Assembly: GCF_006345805.1 (NCBI RefSeq)
Contig: NC_043019.1
Location: 9,237,360-9,301,359, forward strand
DNA from: Octopus sinensis
Taxonomy: Eukaryota
Direction of reading: 5' to 3'
Length of the DNA: 64,000 bases
Within the stretch, counting starts at the first letter, position 1, and every line of letters starts with the position of its first letter. A program made the position numbers and the translations under genes. The notes under the pieces were generated by a model. That model was given only the letters and a program-made list of their open reading frames with translations, searched no databases and was not told the DNA's origin. Shown piece by piece: positions 1 to 10,823 of this stretch.

Positions 1-439
1 TTCAGTTTTATCTTTGTATTTCCCGATTATTCTTTATTTCCTGATTCCTCTATTATTCGTCTTATTATCAAGCTCAGCTTTATTTGTTTATTATTGCCAG
101 TTCCATCAGCAATCATATTAATGGTGTGTTGCTTATCTCGTCGTTTTATCATCTTCAAGACTTCCTTCATTCCCATTATAGTCCCTGGCTACCTCAGCCT
201 TATCTCTATTACTTTAAATATATATTAGATTAATAACCTTAATTATTTCTTTACGCATTTCCGTATCCTTGACACAGCTGAACTCTTTAAACAATTTATT
301 GGTGCGTTAAAAGTGCTTTCTTTCAATGCTATATTATTCTACGGAATAAATCTACAGATTTTTACTCCACACTGTAAGAACAGATACATGTGACCACTTC
401 TTGCCTTTATACGATTAAAATCGTGGACAGAAAAAAAAG

Positions 440-665
440 AACAAAACGAGTTCAGGGAAACTTCTTCAGTGACTTATCTTCCTCTTGGTTTGATAATCTT
501 AATTTCTCAAGATTGATCCCGAAGCAGTTGGTTACTCATCCTAGTTTCCCAATACTTACGAGTACAAATCTGACCTTGTAACCGGGTGGAGTTGCTGTAA
601 ATTCCTCAATAATTCAACATAGGCGTTTTGTTTTCCTTTAATCTTCAGCTTTAGGTTGACATCTG
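440..665 (-). mobile_element. Decayed C-terminal fragment of an RLE-type non-LTR retrotransposon (R2/R4/CRE superfamily)
   Basis: Manual minus-strand translation with a frameshift: DVNLKLKIKGKQNAYVELLRNLQQLHP-YKVRFVLVSIGKLG*VTNCFGINLEKL. Clearly homologous to the ORF at 32676-32876 (LRNLHLIYPDYQFRFVPVITGARGYVTHCLNTKLEKL). Confidence 0.6.
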
Positions 666-827
666 TTGAGCAACAGATTTTCACTACTGTGTATATACTA
701 AGGAGAAACAGTATATATATATATGTTTATGTGGTGTGTGTGTGTGTGTGTGTGTGTGTGCAAATTGACAGATTGAGATAAAAGATCCAAGGCTGTAAAT
801 AGGTTTCAGAATATTTATGAAGAAAAT

Positions 828-875
828 GTCTTACAGCTGTTTCCGGAATATTTTACATATCCCTTCATCAGAGAC
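828..875 (-). ncRNA. Minimal type-I hammerhead ribozyme (GUA cleavage triplet, palindromic stem III)
   Basis: Minus strand: gtct-CTGATGA-a-gggatat(gtaaa)atattcc-g-GAAA-cagctg-T-A-agac. Stem I gtct/agac, 7-bp stem II, ACAGCTGT palindrome. An A/G mismatch sits at the base of stem II. Confidence 0.75.
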
Positions 876-1196
876 GGTGCGAGAAAATGGTTACGCAATA
901 TTTATTATAGAGAAGATATGAAATAGAGAATGAAAACAGCAGTAAGATACATAAGCATATTGCATTCTAGTAGAATGGTGTATATAAGAGATGAAGAAGT
1001 TTCCTGTACCTTGTGTGTGACTTCCAATGGTTGTTATATTTGGTCTTTCCAAACATGGAGCCTTTTAAAGAGTATTGTTCGATATACAATATCTTTATAT
1101 ATATATATATATATCACTTCTATTTTCATTCTCTTATTTCCCTCTCTATTTCATATCTTCTTTACAATAATTAATACCCAAATATTTTCTCGCACC

Positions 1197-1244
1197 GTCT
1201 CTGATGAAGTGATATATAAAATATCCCGGAAACAACTGTAAGAC
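1197..1244 (+). ncRNA. Hammerhead ribozyme motif, partly degenerate partner copy
   Basis: gtct-CTGATGA-a-gtgatat(ataaa)atatccc-g-GAAA-caactg-T-A-agac. Core intact; one stem II mismatch; stem III palindrome broken. Confidence 0.6.
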
Positions 1245-1468
1245 CTTCTCTTTATAAATATTCTGAAAACTATTTCCAGCCTTGGATTTTTTTATCTCCT
1301 TCTGTCAATTTATATATGCATGCTAATACATGACCCATGTTGGACTCCGCATTCGTATCATTCTCGAACCTGGAGCTTAATCATGGTCCATCCATAGCAC
1401 TTAGCGTTACCTGACACCTTGCGGGTCTTCTTGACACCAATTTCCCTTCTCATACCCTGTATGTGTGC

Positions 1469-1523
<55 letters not shown>

Positions 1524-1528
1524 ATACA

Positions 1529-1876
1529 GGCGCAGGCGTGGCTATATGTGAAGAAGCTTACTTCTCAATCACATGGCACCTTGGGCAAATGTCTTCTACT
1601 ATAGCCTCGGGCCGACCAAAGCCTTCTGAGGGGATTTAGTAGACTGAAAGTGAAAAAAACCCGTCGTGTGTGTGTGTGTGTGTGTGTGTGTTTGTCACCC
1701 CACCATCACTTGACAACAAATGTTAGTGTGTTTACGTCGTCGCAACTTAGCAGTTCAGCCTAAGAGACCGATAGAATAGTTGTTAGGCTTACAAAGAGCA
1801 AGTCCTGTGGTTGATTTGTTCGACTAAAGGCGGTGCTCCAGCATGGCCGCAGTCAAATTGCTGAAACAAGTAAAAG
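1529..1876 (+). mobile_element. tRNA-derived SINE, family A (head, central microsatellite, tail)
   Basis: ggcgcaggcgtggct...ggcaccttgggcaaatgtcttctactatagcctcgggccgaccaaagcc...(TG)n...ggcggtgctccagcatggccgcagtcaa...gaaacaagtaaaag; many homologues in the window. Confidence 0.85.
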
Positions 1877-2444
1877 CGTGCATGTATGTACGTACGTAGG
1901 TATGCAGGTATGTATAAGTATCTATATTAAATTTACAACATATATATATATATATTCCAGTAAAACAATATTATATTCACAGAATACGCCAGTGTTTCTG
2001 CAAGGAAATTCATCCTGCACAGAAATATATCTGATCGTTGCCGTTTAAACAAGAGCAATAAACAGATTAGAATTCATCAAAAGTCTAGGCACGATCGAGC
2101 AAAGCGTGCCATTAGCTGAGACACACCGATATGAAATTACAAGAAAAAACTAATTTTATTGAGTTTTTCAGCTAGACTCGCGTTTGTAAGTTGCGCTCCT
2201 AAGGTATTCTGAAAAATTATTTCACTTCAAAATTTTGATTCCTCCACCGTTCAGGTTGTCTTGTGGCAATTCAGCAGCCTTCGTTTCATGATGTGCTCGC
2301 ACGTGCGGTCTCTTACTTTGTCTCTTGGCGCTCATGCTTGGCTGACGACGTTGGCAGCAAATTCCCTCTGGCATTACTTGGTTGCCAGATACACACACGA
2401 AAGTGTGTGCGTGTGCGCATATGTATATATGTTTATATATATAT

Positions 2445-2762
2445 ATACATACAATATGTGTGCTTGTATATAATATATATATATATATATACATACAATA
2501 TGTGTGCTTGTATATAATATATATACATACATACAATATGTGTGCTTGTATATAATATATATATATACATACATACAATATGTGTACTTGTATATAATAT
2601 ATATATATACATACATACAATATGTGTGCTTGTATATAATATATATATACATACATACAATATGTGTGCTTGTATATAATATATATATATACATACATAC
2701 AATATGTGTGCTTGTATATAATATATACATATATATACATACAATATGTGTGCTTGTATATA

Positions 2763-2806
<44 letters not shown>

Positions 2807-3154
2807 CATACATACAATATGTGTGCTTGTATATAATATATATAATATACATACATACAATATGTGTACTTGTATATAATATATATATATACATACATAC
2901 AATATGTGTGCTTGTATATAATATATATATACATACATACAATATGTGTGCTTGTATATTAATATATATATACATACATACAATATGTGTGCTTGTATAT
3001 AATATATACATATATATACATACAATATGGTGCTTGTATATATAATATATATATATATATATTATATATATATATATATATATACATACATACATACAAT
3101 ATGTGTGCTTGTATATAATATATATAATACATACAGTATGTGTGCTTGTATATT

Positions 3155-3198
<44 letters not shown>

Positions 3199-3275
3199 CA
3201 GTATGTGTGCTTGTATATAATATATATATATACATACATACAATATGTGTGCTTGTATATAATATATATATATAT
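2445..3275. repeat. Minisatellite, ~18 copies of catacaatatgtgtgcttgtatataat separated by variable (TA)n
   Basis: 18 manually counted cores (gtgtgcttgtat, two gtgtacttgtat variants, one ggtgcttg variant). Confidence 0.95.
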
Positions 3276-4101
3276 ATATATATACAAGAAGGTTGAATAA
3301 ACATCATTTAATTGCAAATAAGTTGTAATTAAAATCTGTTTATTCCATTTTCTTGTATAAATTCTTATATGAATTCTATACACTGAGGGAGTTCCACACG
3401 TTTATCCAGCTCACTGAATAACTCTGCTGTACGATGGCCTATGGTAGCCGATATCAGTATAGAAGCCTCTTGAATGCGCATTATGAGGTTATTGCCCTGA
3501 TTATATTGAATATAGACATTATGTCTAAAATCTTCATTCAGTAATACGTGATTTCACGCTTAACGCAACAACGCGTTATCTTGGGCACGTGTCTTACGTT
3601 ATAGCCGTCATGTCGTATATGTGTGTCTGTGTGTCTGAGTGACCGTGTGTGTGTATGAAGATGAAAGACCAAGAGACAGAGAGAAAACAACTGTCTGTTC
3701 GTTGCTCAATGCTTGACAACCAGTTTGGCTTTGTTTATGTATCCCTGACTTAGAGTTCGGTAAAACAAAGTTCGAGAAAATGAACGGCTTTAAAATCAAA
3801 ACCAACAAGGAGCTGATCGACGGAAAAAACCTCCCAAGTTTCACCTCGGATTCTCACAGCTAAATCACTGAAACAAGTAAAAACGTGTGTGCGTGTGTTT
3901 TTCTGTTCCTCTGTATGTACGTGTGTGTGAGTATGTGTGGTTGTAGGTGCGTGTGTGTATGTGTTTAACAAATTAAATCCGTGACTGAGGGCATACAAAT
4001 CTAAGTATCAGAATTCAAATTCCAGCGAATCAGTTTACCCCAAACCACATTCGAGGCCCTTAAAAAAGTAAATACAGCTCCACACGCCAAAAATCACTTC
4101 A

Positions 4102-4142
4102 CGTCCTGAAGATGGGGCTGTGAAAGTTTCCAAATGTTGACG
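4102..4142 (+). ncRNA. Decayed hammerhead-like motif
   Basis: cgtc-CTGAAGA-tggggctgtgaaagtttcc-aaa-tg-T-T-gacg. Stem I cgtc/gacg is perfect; GAAAcg has apparently decayed to aaatg. Confidence 0.35.
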
Positions 4143-4350
4143 ATGGATTTTGGAACCTTATTGTCCTAAAGGAACTGCAACGGTTTCCATACTAAACTAT
4201 GGACAGGGAATACTTTTAAAACCATAACGTAAAACATAGTCGTGATTTAACTGCATTCTTCTATCTTTATCTTTTGCTTAGTCACTAAACTGCGGCCATA
4301 CTGTGGCACTGCCTTGAGATAATTTTAGTTGAATGAATAGCCACCAGTAC

Positions 4351-4395
<45 letters not shown>

Positions 4396-4859
4396 GGGAC
4401 AAAAACGCAATAGCGGGCATTAAAATGTTCGAACAGATAGACGATACAAAGGCAGACAAGAGAAACAACAATTAGGATAGGGAAAGTCTCACAAGTTACG
4501 ATCATTTTGGGCAGTTACGCTTTAGATGGTTCGATCTGGTTGCCCACTAAAATCTAAGCTAAGAGCATTACATCCCTTTGTAAGAAAGCTAGTGAATGTG
4601 GACAGCAGCAAAATCAAACAAATAAATAAACAAAAAATGGAGAACGTGGTACACAATTACGAATACAAACAACAAGAAATAACAACAGGCGTCTTTCGAC
4701 TGAGAACGAATCAAATCGAGCTGACGTGTATGAAGTGAAACCCTAAAGGCAGGAACATGGGAGATGACACTTACCCAAGCTACAACTAAAATACTGACTT
4801 TTATCCCAAATCCAACAGTATCACCAGCGCCGCCAACGTTACCTTAGGAACCAACATCA

Positions 4860-5580
4860 CAGAATTCCTAACAACGCCATCTCCACCGCCACCACCATCA
4901 ACACAATACCTCTAAAATGACATCACCGCCGTCGCCATCACCACCAACATCACAGCATAACACCATCTTCGCTGACTCTTTACATCTCATCCTCCTCCCC
5001 TCCGCCACCAATAACAGAAATGACACAGCGCCCCCCTCCTCCGGTATAACCTCAACCACCGCCACCATCATAACTATCACAGCATTCTTTACGTCACACT
5101 ATCCCCCCACCAACATCACCACCACCAACAACATTATCTTTATCACACCACCATCAAAATCGCCCAATCTCGAACAACCGTCGAAACCGCCGCCACCGCC
5201 ACCACTACAATAACATCAACAGCAACTCCCCCACCCGCCGCCATCGTTGCCACGACTATTGCCGTCACCATTAGCAACGGCAACAACATTGCTTCACCAG
5301 TTTTCATATTAAATGGTTTCTAATCTGCATGTGTTTCCAATTTATGTGGAAATCTGGCCTTGGTGGAAGTGAGGTGGGTCAGGAGGGGGAGAAAGGGAAA
5401 GGGTATCGCTATGATGGAGGAGGGGGAGGAGGAGGAAAGAAGAGGAATGAAGAAGAGGAGGAGGAGGTGGTGGAGGAAAGAAGGGGAGGAGGAAAGAGGT
5501 GGAAGACGAGGGAAGAAGAGGAATGAACGGTGGTGGTGGATGAAGAGGGAAGAGTTTGGTGCAAAAGAAGGACGACGAAG
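4860..5580. repeat. Degenerate (ACC/CAC)-rich then (GGA/GAA)-rich low-complexity sequence
   Basis: Direct inspection; explains the T/P-rich and R/E-rich ORFs. Confidence 0.8.
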
Positions 5581-6151
5581 ACAAGAAATCATTAAACATA
5601 GATTAAGAACAACAACAAACTCAACAACCACAAACATCCTACGCCCCACCCCCCTGACCCCTAACTATACCTGGCCAAGGAAATACCCGGCCAAGTACCA
5701 CAAGCTCGGTACGCGATTCTTCATCCAATATGGTGGATGTTTGCTTCTTTCATGGCAAAGCACCTAATCCTTTAATCTAGCTGATTAAGTGTTAAAGCGG
5801 CGATAAAAACAGCTTTGAAATACAAGATAATCCCGTGGATCGTGTCCATAGTTTTATAACTCGGTCATTGGCTGAAGGGTTGGATCCTGACCCTATTTCA
5901 GTTTCCCAAAAACCGAACAACGGACTCGACTGTTCGCAAGACACCGTTAAAAGGCACGGAATGTGGTCTTGTATCGGTGTTGTTTCTCCCCAGTACGAAC
6001 ATATTATAGAGCAAGGGATTGGAGGAATCGTTACAGGATCAGAGATGATCGATTGTGCTCTCTGGGTTCAAAACCAGATGAGGTCAACATTACTTTCATG
6101 ATTCCGGAAATGGTAAATAAAATATCAAACCTCGCTCTTTTACTCTCTCTT

Positions 6152-6187
<36 letters not shown>

Positions 6188-6277
6188 GTACATAAATAGA
6201 CTGACAGATAGATAGATTGATAGATATATGAGTGTGTGCGTGTTTACGTATATATATATATATATTCTTTTATTCGT

Positions 6278-6411
6278 TTACTTGTTTCAGTCATTTGACT
6301 GTTGCCATACTATAGTAGAAGGCACTTACCCAAGGTGCCATGCAGTGGGACTGAACCCGAAACCATGTCGTTGTTGATAAGCAAGCTACTTACCACAAAG
6401 CGACTCCTGCG

Positions 6412-6413
<2 letters not shown>
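6278..6413 (-). mobile_element. SINE family A with head fused directly to tail (internal deletion)
   Basis: Plus strand reads tail (tttacttgtttcagtcatttgactg..ccat) joined to head (ctatagtagaaggcacttacccaaggtgccatgcagtgggactgaacc...ctcctgcgcc). Confidence 0.8.
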
Positions 6414-6455
<42 letters not shown>

Positions 6456-6805
6456 CATATAATGTATAGATATATATATACATATATGCTATGTATATCT
6501 GTTTGTCTGCAGTATTCATGTATGTGTGTGTGTGTGTGTGTGCAAGGAAAATGGTGGTGCAGATGGACGACAACGAAATTTACGAGAAAACCGATAAACG
6601 CCTACAACAGAACTAAACATTTTTATTCCGTCATCAATTGTTGACCAAAAATCCTCACAAAATCCCCAAAATCCTTCCGATAAGATTATTATTATTATAT
6701 ATATATATATATATGTATATACGCCCACATACATATATCAGAGTAGGCGAGATAAGTTTCGATATATTCACAATATTTCGAAGTTTTTCTTAAATAAAAA
6801 CTTAC

Positions 6806-6883
6806 CGTTAAAACGTCTTTGAAAGACGTTTAACAGCCTCTGTCCATTCTTTTGAAGTTTGATAAGTTTCACTTAAAGAATTT
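6806..6883 (-). other. Weak candidate exon (78 bp)
   Basis: Minus strand: tctttctcag|AAATTC...TTAACG|gtaagt. The best frame NSLSETYQTSKEWTEAVKRLSKTF* stops just before the donor; could be chance. Confidence 0.15.
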
Positions 6884-7120
6884 CTGAGAAAGACTAACCC
6901 TTTGGAATTTGTCTGTCGGTCTGTCGGTCTGACTGACTGATTGTCTTTATGTATGTATGTATGTATGTGTGTGTGTGTATGTATGTATGTATGTATGTAT
7001 GTATGTATGTATGTATGTATGTATGTATGTATGTATGTGTGTGTGTATGTATGTATGTATGTATGTATGTATGTCTGATTGTCTTTCTGTATATATGTAT
7101 GTACACATGTATGTATTGAA

Positions 7121-7409
7121 GGCGCGTAGCTTACTGGTTTGGATATTCGATTCACGATCGTATGGTCGCGTGTTCGATTCCCGGCGGGGATTTGTATCCT
7201 TGATCGAGACATTTTATTTCCCGTTGTTCCATTCCACTCAGCAAGGAAAACATGAATTGTACCTGTAATTCAAAGGGGTCCAGCCACGTCACATTCTCTG
7301 TTACGTGTAAATCTGCCTCCACGCGTGTCTGTGGAGTACTCAGCCACTCGCACGTTAATTTTGCTAGCAACTGGGAAACTCGTGGTCGCAATCGACGGAG
7401 AGCCAGTTG
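7121..7409 (+). mobile_element. tRNA-derived SINE, family D
   Basis: ggcgcgtagcttactggtt...gttcgattccc (A/B-box-like head), then ...ggagtactcagccactcgcacgttaattt...; homologues at 35185 (+) and 32455 (-). Confidence 0.8.
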
Positions 7410-7539
7410 TGTATGTATGTATGCATGTATGTACGTATGTACATACGTATGTGTGTGTGTATGTGTATGTATGTATGTATGTATGTATGTATGTATGTAT
7501 GTATGCGGTATCGGGCGGCTTTTAAGCAACTGACCCCGA

Positions 7540-7849
7540 ATAGGATGAACTTAAAACTGGTCTCTGACTTGTTTTGGAGAATTGGTTGCAAATCCTTCCT
7601 CCCGAGTCATATCCCAATGAAGATCATTTTCATCGCAAAAATAACCATGTAAAAAAGTTCGCTGAAGACAATCGCTGTATTGAACACATAGGAATCCAAA
7701 ATTTCGGGATTATGGGTCCGGATTCGGTCCGGAATGTTTTCAATTAACTCACGGAGTCAACCTGATTCCAAAATGGTTGTTGGACTACGACCACTAGGAG
7801 TAAAGTTGAAAAAGTGTCACACACTGACATTCACATCTATTATGCTAGA
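7540..7849 (-). mobile_element. Helitron remnant: 5' TC-type end plus RepHel coding fragment
   Basis: Minus-strand translation DENDLHWDMTREEGFATNSPKQVRDQF resembles the Helitron RepHel motif (END.HWD.T.....SP.Q.R.LF, recalled). A|TCTAGCATAATAG..tgtcagtgtgtgacac end at 7849. Confidence 0.5.
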
Positions 7850-7931
7850 TCTTTAAGTTTGGGGAAACTGTGTTTCAATTAAAGTGCATTTTATATATAC
7901 ACATGTGTGTGTGTGTCTGTCTGTATGCATG

Positions 7932-7970
<39 letters not shown>

Positions 7971-8199
7971 GTTTGTATTAAAGAAAGCAAAAATAAAACA
8001 AAAATGATAGTGTTCAGTAGTTGGTTCAGTCTGCTGGCCACAGGAATTTCTGTCCAAGAAAGTTGTACATCATCTCCCACTTTCTGTCACATACTCTCTC
8101 TCTCTCTCTCTCTCTCTTTCTGCCTGTCTCTCTGTCTTCGCCACCGCCCTCACAGTCTCTAAGCCTACTACTACTCTCACCCCAGCATCAGAAAGTGCC

Positions 8200-8281
8200 A
8201 ACGAATAGCAAGAGAGGGAGGGGTGATCAAAGTGTGACACACTGACACACAGAAATTAGTTTTCGCCTTTATTATATTAGA
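8200..8281 (-). mobile_element. Second Helitron-like 5' terminus
   Basis: A|TCTAATATAATAAAGGCGAAAA...tgtgtcagtgtgtcacacttt; shares tgtcagtgtgt[g/c]acactt with the end at 7849. Confidence 0.4.
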
Positions 8282-8589
8282 TGAGCCAACGGGTGAGTGA
8301 TCCCTGTTATACCCAATCATGTCAGGAAAAGCCTCCAAATTTCCCTCAGATGACATAGGGGCATCATCTGACCCCTCTACCGGAAGATAAAATGTCGATG
8401 GCCACAACGTTTGTAGTTTCCCTTTTCTACTGACGCCGATGCAGTTAACGCCCCAGATGGAGCATCTGGCAATCGATGTCCACAAGGAAGATATTTAGAG
8501 CGATGGAAAAAACAAAACTGGAGGTTGATTTCGAACGCTTGCGATCGTGTTAAGTTCTGCTAAAATAAGCCAAGGGTCAGGAGACGATA

Positions 8590-8700
8590 GAAGGAAAGAT
8601 GGCGTGTTATGTCAACCGCCGAAATGTGGACATGTAACCAGTGTAGGAAATCAATTAATTGTACATGTATGCAAATTTTGGTGCAGCGGAAGGAAATGCA
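8590..8700 (+). mobile_element. Possible decayed PHD-like Cys motif of an RTE-type LINE ORF
   Basis: Across a frameshift: WTCNQCRKSINCT/CKFWCSG, resembling W.CS.CRKGVG.NSI.CT.CK.W.HKRCSG (from memory). Confidence 0.25.
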
Positions 8701-9344
8701 ACACCAGGAAATTCAACAGATTAAGAATGCTTCGTTGCTGTGACAGAGATTTCAAGGAATGTGAAGACGAAGGAAATTGGTAATTTAACTGTAAGTAACA
8801 AGTGAGCTTCCACTTGACGTCCATATTGTTGTTGCTGTTTTTGTTGTTGCTGTTGTTGTTGTCGCTTTTGCTGTTGTAATGTCAGATATCCTCCTCCTTT
8901 TTTTCTCCCCTCCTCCTCCTCTTTCTCCTCATTTGCTTTATTCTTCTCCTCTCCTCTTCTTCCTCCTTTTTGTTCTTCTCCTCCTTACTTTTTATTTCTT
9001 CATTCTTCTCTTCCACCTCCTTTTCTGTGTCTTCCTCCTTCTCTTCCTCCCATCTTCCTCCTCTTCCACCTCCTCTTCATTCTCCTCATTCTTCCTTTTT
9101 CTTCTCCTCCTCCTCCTTTTCCTCTTCCCCTTCCTCTTCTTCTTCAGGCATTCTTGATGTTGTGGCCAATGATGTTGTATAATATTGATCATCCGAACGT
9201 TTCTACTTTTGCGCTGAAAATCAACAGATTCATGACCTTTTCTAAATAAATAAAATCAACCCTTTATATGTATGTGTGCGTATACTATTTGTTTGTGTAT
9301 ATATCTGCCTATCTGTATATGTGTGAGTATCTGTATATGAGTAT

Positions 9345-9385
<41 letters not shown>

Positions 9386-9404
9386 TCAGTATCTGTGAAT
9401 GGGT

Positions 9405-9446
9405 ATCTGTCCCGCATCCATATTAACATATGGATGCGAGACAGAT
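9405..9446 (-). other. 19-bp stem / 4-nt loop hairpin
   Basis: atctgtcccgcatccatat-taac-atatggatgcgagacagat. The single mismatch becomes a G-U wobble on the minus strand. Confidence 0.9.
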
Positions 9447-9531
9447 GAATTAATAAACATACTTTGAGTCCTTGTGAAATTCGTTCCCATAGTTAAACGA
9501 CAGGGCTTCCAGCAGCTCAGAACCAGGAGCA

Positions 9532-9570
9532 GACTCACTAGTTTCGGCTTTCTTTAGACTCGTCAGTCAC
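9532..9570 (-). ncRNA. Decayed hammerhead-like motif
   Basis: Minus strand: gtga-CTGACGA-gtct(aaagaa)agcc-GAAA-ctag-T-g-agtc. ACTAGT palindrome; position 17 is G (non-cleavable); stem I damaged. Confidence 0.45.
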
Positions 9571-10516
9571 TGTAAAGACCTGCAAATAGAAAATATAAAT
9601 AGGATCATGTCGATCACAATTTCATTTATTTAATGCTATGCGGCTGATAACTAAGTGAGGGTTATAACTCTATGTGTGTGTGTACGGGCGCGTGTATGTG
9701 AATGAACGCGAGTATGTGTGCATGAGTGCGTGTGTGTGTGTATGTGTATGTATGTGTGTGTGTGTGTGTGTGTGTTCGACGAAATTCTGCTTCTTGTTTG
9801 TGCATTCACGAAATTCGTGAATAAACATGTCCAAAATAGCGCGCCATCTGATCGAACTCGCACCCAAGTGTTTTCAAAGACAGCTTCTTTACCTCACACT
9901 CGTGTATGACGCCTTTCCCCTTCCTGCCCTATTGACGCCCTTCTAGTTCATAGGTCGTCGTCGTCGCTTATCGACTATCATCCAACTTTGTGTTATTCAC
10001 AATCCTGTTTATATTTTCAAGATAGATATTATTCTTTTATTCTGTTCGACTTTTAAAATCCCCATCGTCTCCGTCTCTCTCTCTCTCTCTTCTCTCTCTC
10101 TCTTCTCTCTCTCTCTCCTCTCTCTCTCTCCTCTCTCTCCCTCTTTCTATCTATCTATTTCTCTCCTTTTTGCTTTATCGCTCGTTGTTGTCTACATTTC
10201 CCCCCTCCTCTTGTCTCTCTACCATTTTTATCACTCAAACGACGACCCTTCATACCTTGAAGAATGGAACACTGACTAAAATAACTGGAGTGTCCTCGAA
10301 AATAGGGTCTGACTGATTAAGGATCACATAAGACTGAACTACAGCAAAAGGGCCAAAATAATAACAAAAGCAACAGCTGCAAAAATGACTGTAACAACCA
10401 CAACAACAACAACAGCAAAATGGCCGTACCACACCACAGCACAACCATAGCCACAACAACAATAATAGAAACAACAACAAAATAACAGAAACAATAACAA
10501 CAACAACAGCAAGAGT

Positions 10517-10665
10517 GGAGGCGCAACGGCCTAGTGGTTAGGGCAGCGGACTCGCGGTCGTAAGAATGCGGTTTCGATTCCCAGACCAGGGCATTGTGAA
10601 TGTTTATTGAGCAAAAACACCTATGCTCCACGAGGCTCTAGCGGAGTGGGGTGGTGAACCCGCAA
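10517..10665 (+). mobile_element. tRNA-derived SINE, family C
   Basis: ggaggcgcaacggcctagtggttagggcagcggactcgcggtcgtaagaatgcggtttcgattcccagacc: tRNA-like head with A/B boxes but no acceptor stem, followed by non-tRNA body. Confidence 0.8.
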
Positions 10666-10674
10666 AGCGATATA

Positions 10675-10823
10675 CAGTAATCCCTCGACTATCGTGGGTG
10701 TTACGTTCCAAAAAACCCCGTGATAAGTGAAAATCCGCGCAGTAGAAACAGCATTGTACTGTATATTTTTTCACGGATGGGTAAACCGGGATAAGTAAAC
10801 TTCGATATGCCGGGGGATTACTG
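10675..10823. mobile_element. pogo/Tigger-like MITE, 149 bp
   Basis: TA|cagtaatccctcgactatcg ... cgatatgccgggggattactg|TA: ~20-bp imperfect TIRs with TA target duplication. Confidence 0.8.

Larger units (their letters stand above)
762..1311. mobile_element. Fold-back element: imperfect inverted arms (762-936 and 1123-1311), each carrying a hammerhead motif; Penelope-like pseudo-LTR derivative suspected
   Basis: Left arm aaattgacagattgagataaaagatccaaggctg... matches the reverse complement of the right arm ...cagccttggattttttatctccttctgtcaattt along ~175 bp. Spacer ~186 bp; flanked by (TG)n and a TA-rich run. Confidence 0.7.

Noticed and set aside
2445-3275. CRISPR-like repeat/spacer appearance
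   Set aside because: Spacers are only (TA)n; eukaryotic context; no cas genes.
4917-5767. Mucin-like and Arg/Glu-rich ORFs
   Set aside because: Degenerate trinucleotide low-complexity sequence.
7753-7793. 41-bp exon candidate with good splice signals
   Set aside because: Lies within Helitron debris; expected by chance.
10517-10590. tRNA gene
   Set aside because: tRNA-like head continues into a SINE body with no acceptor stem; the same applies to the other SINE heads.
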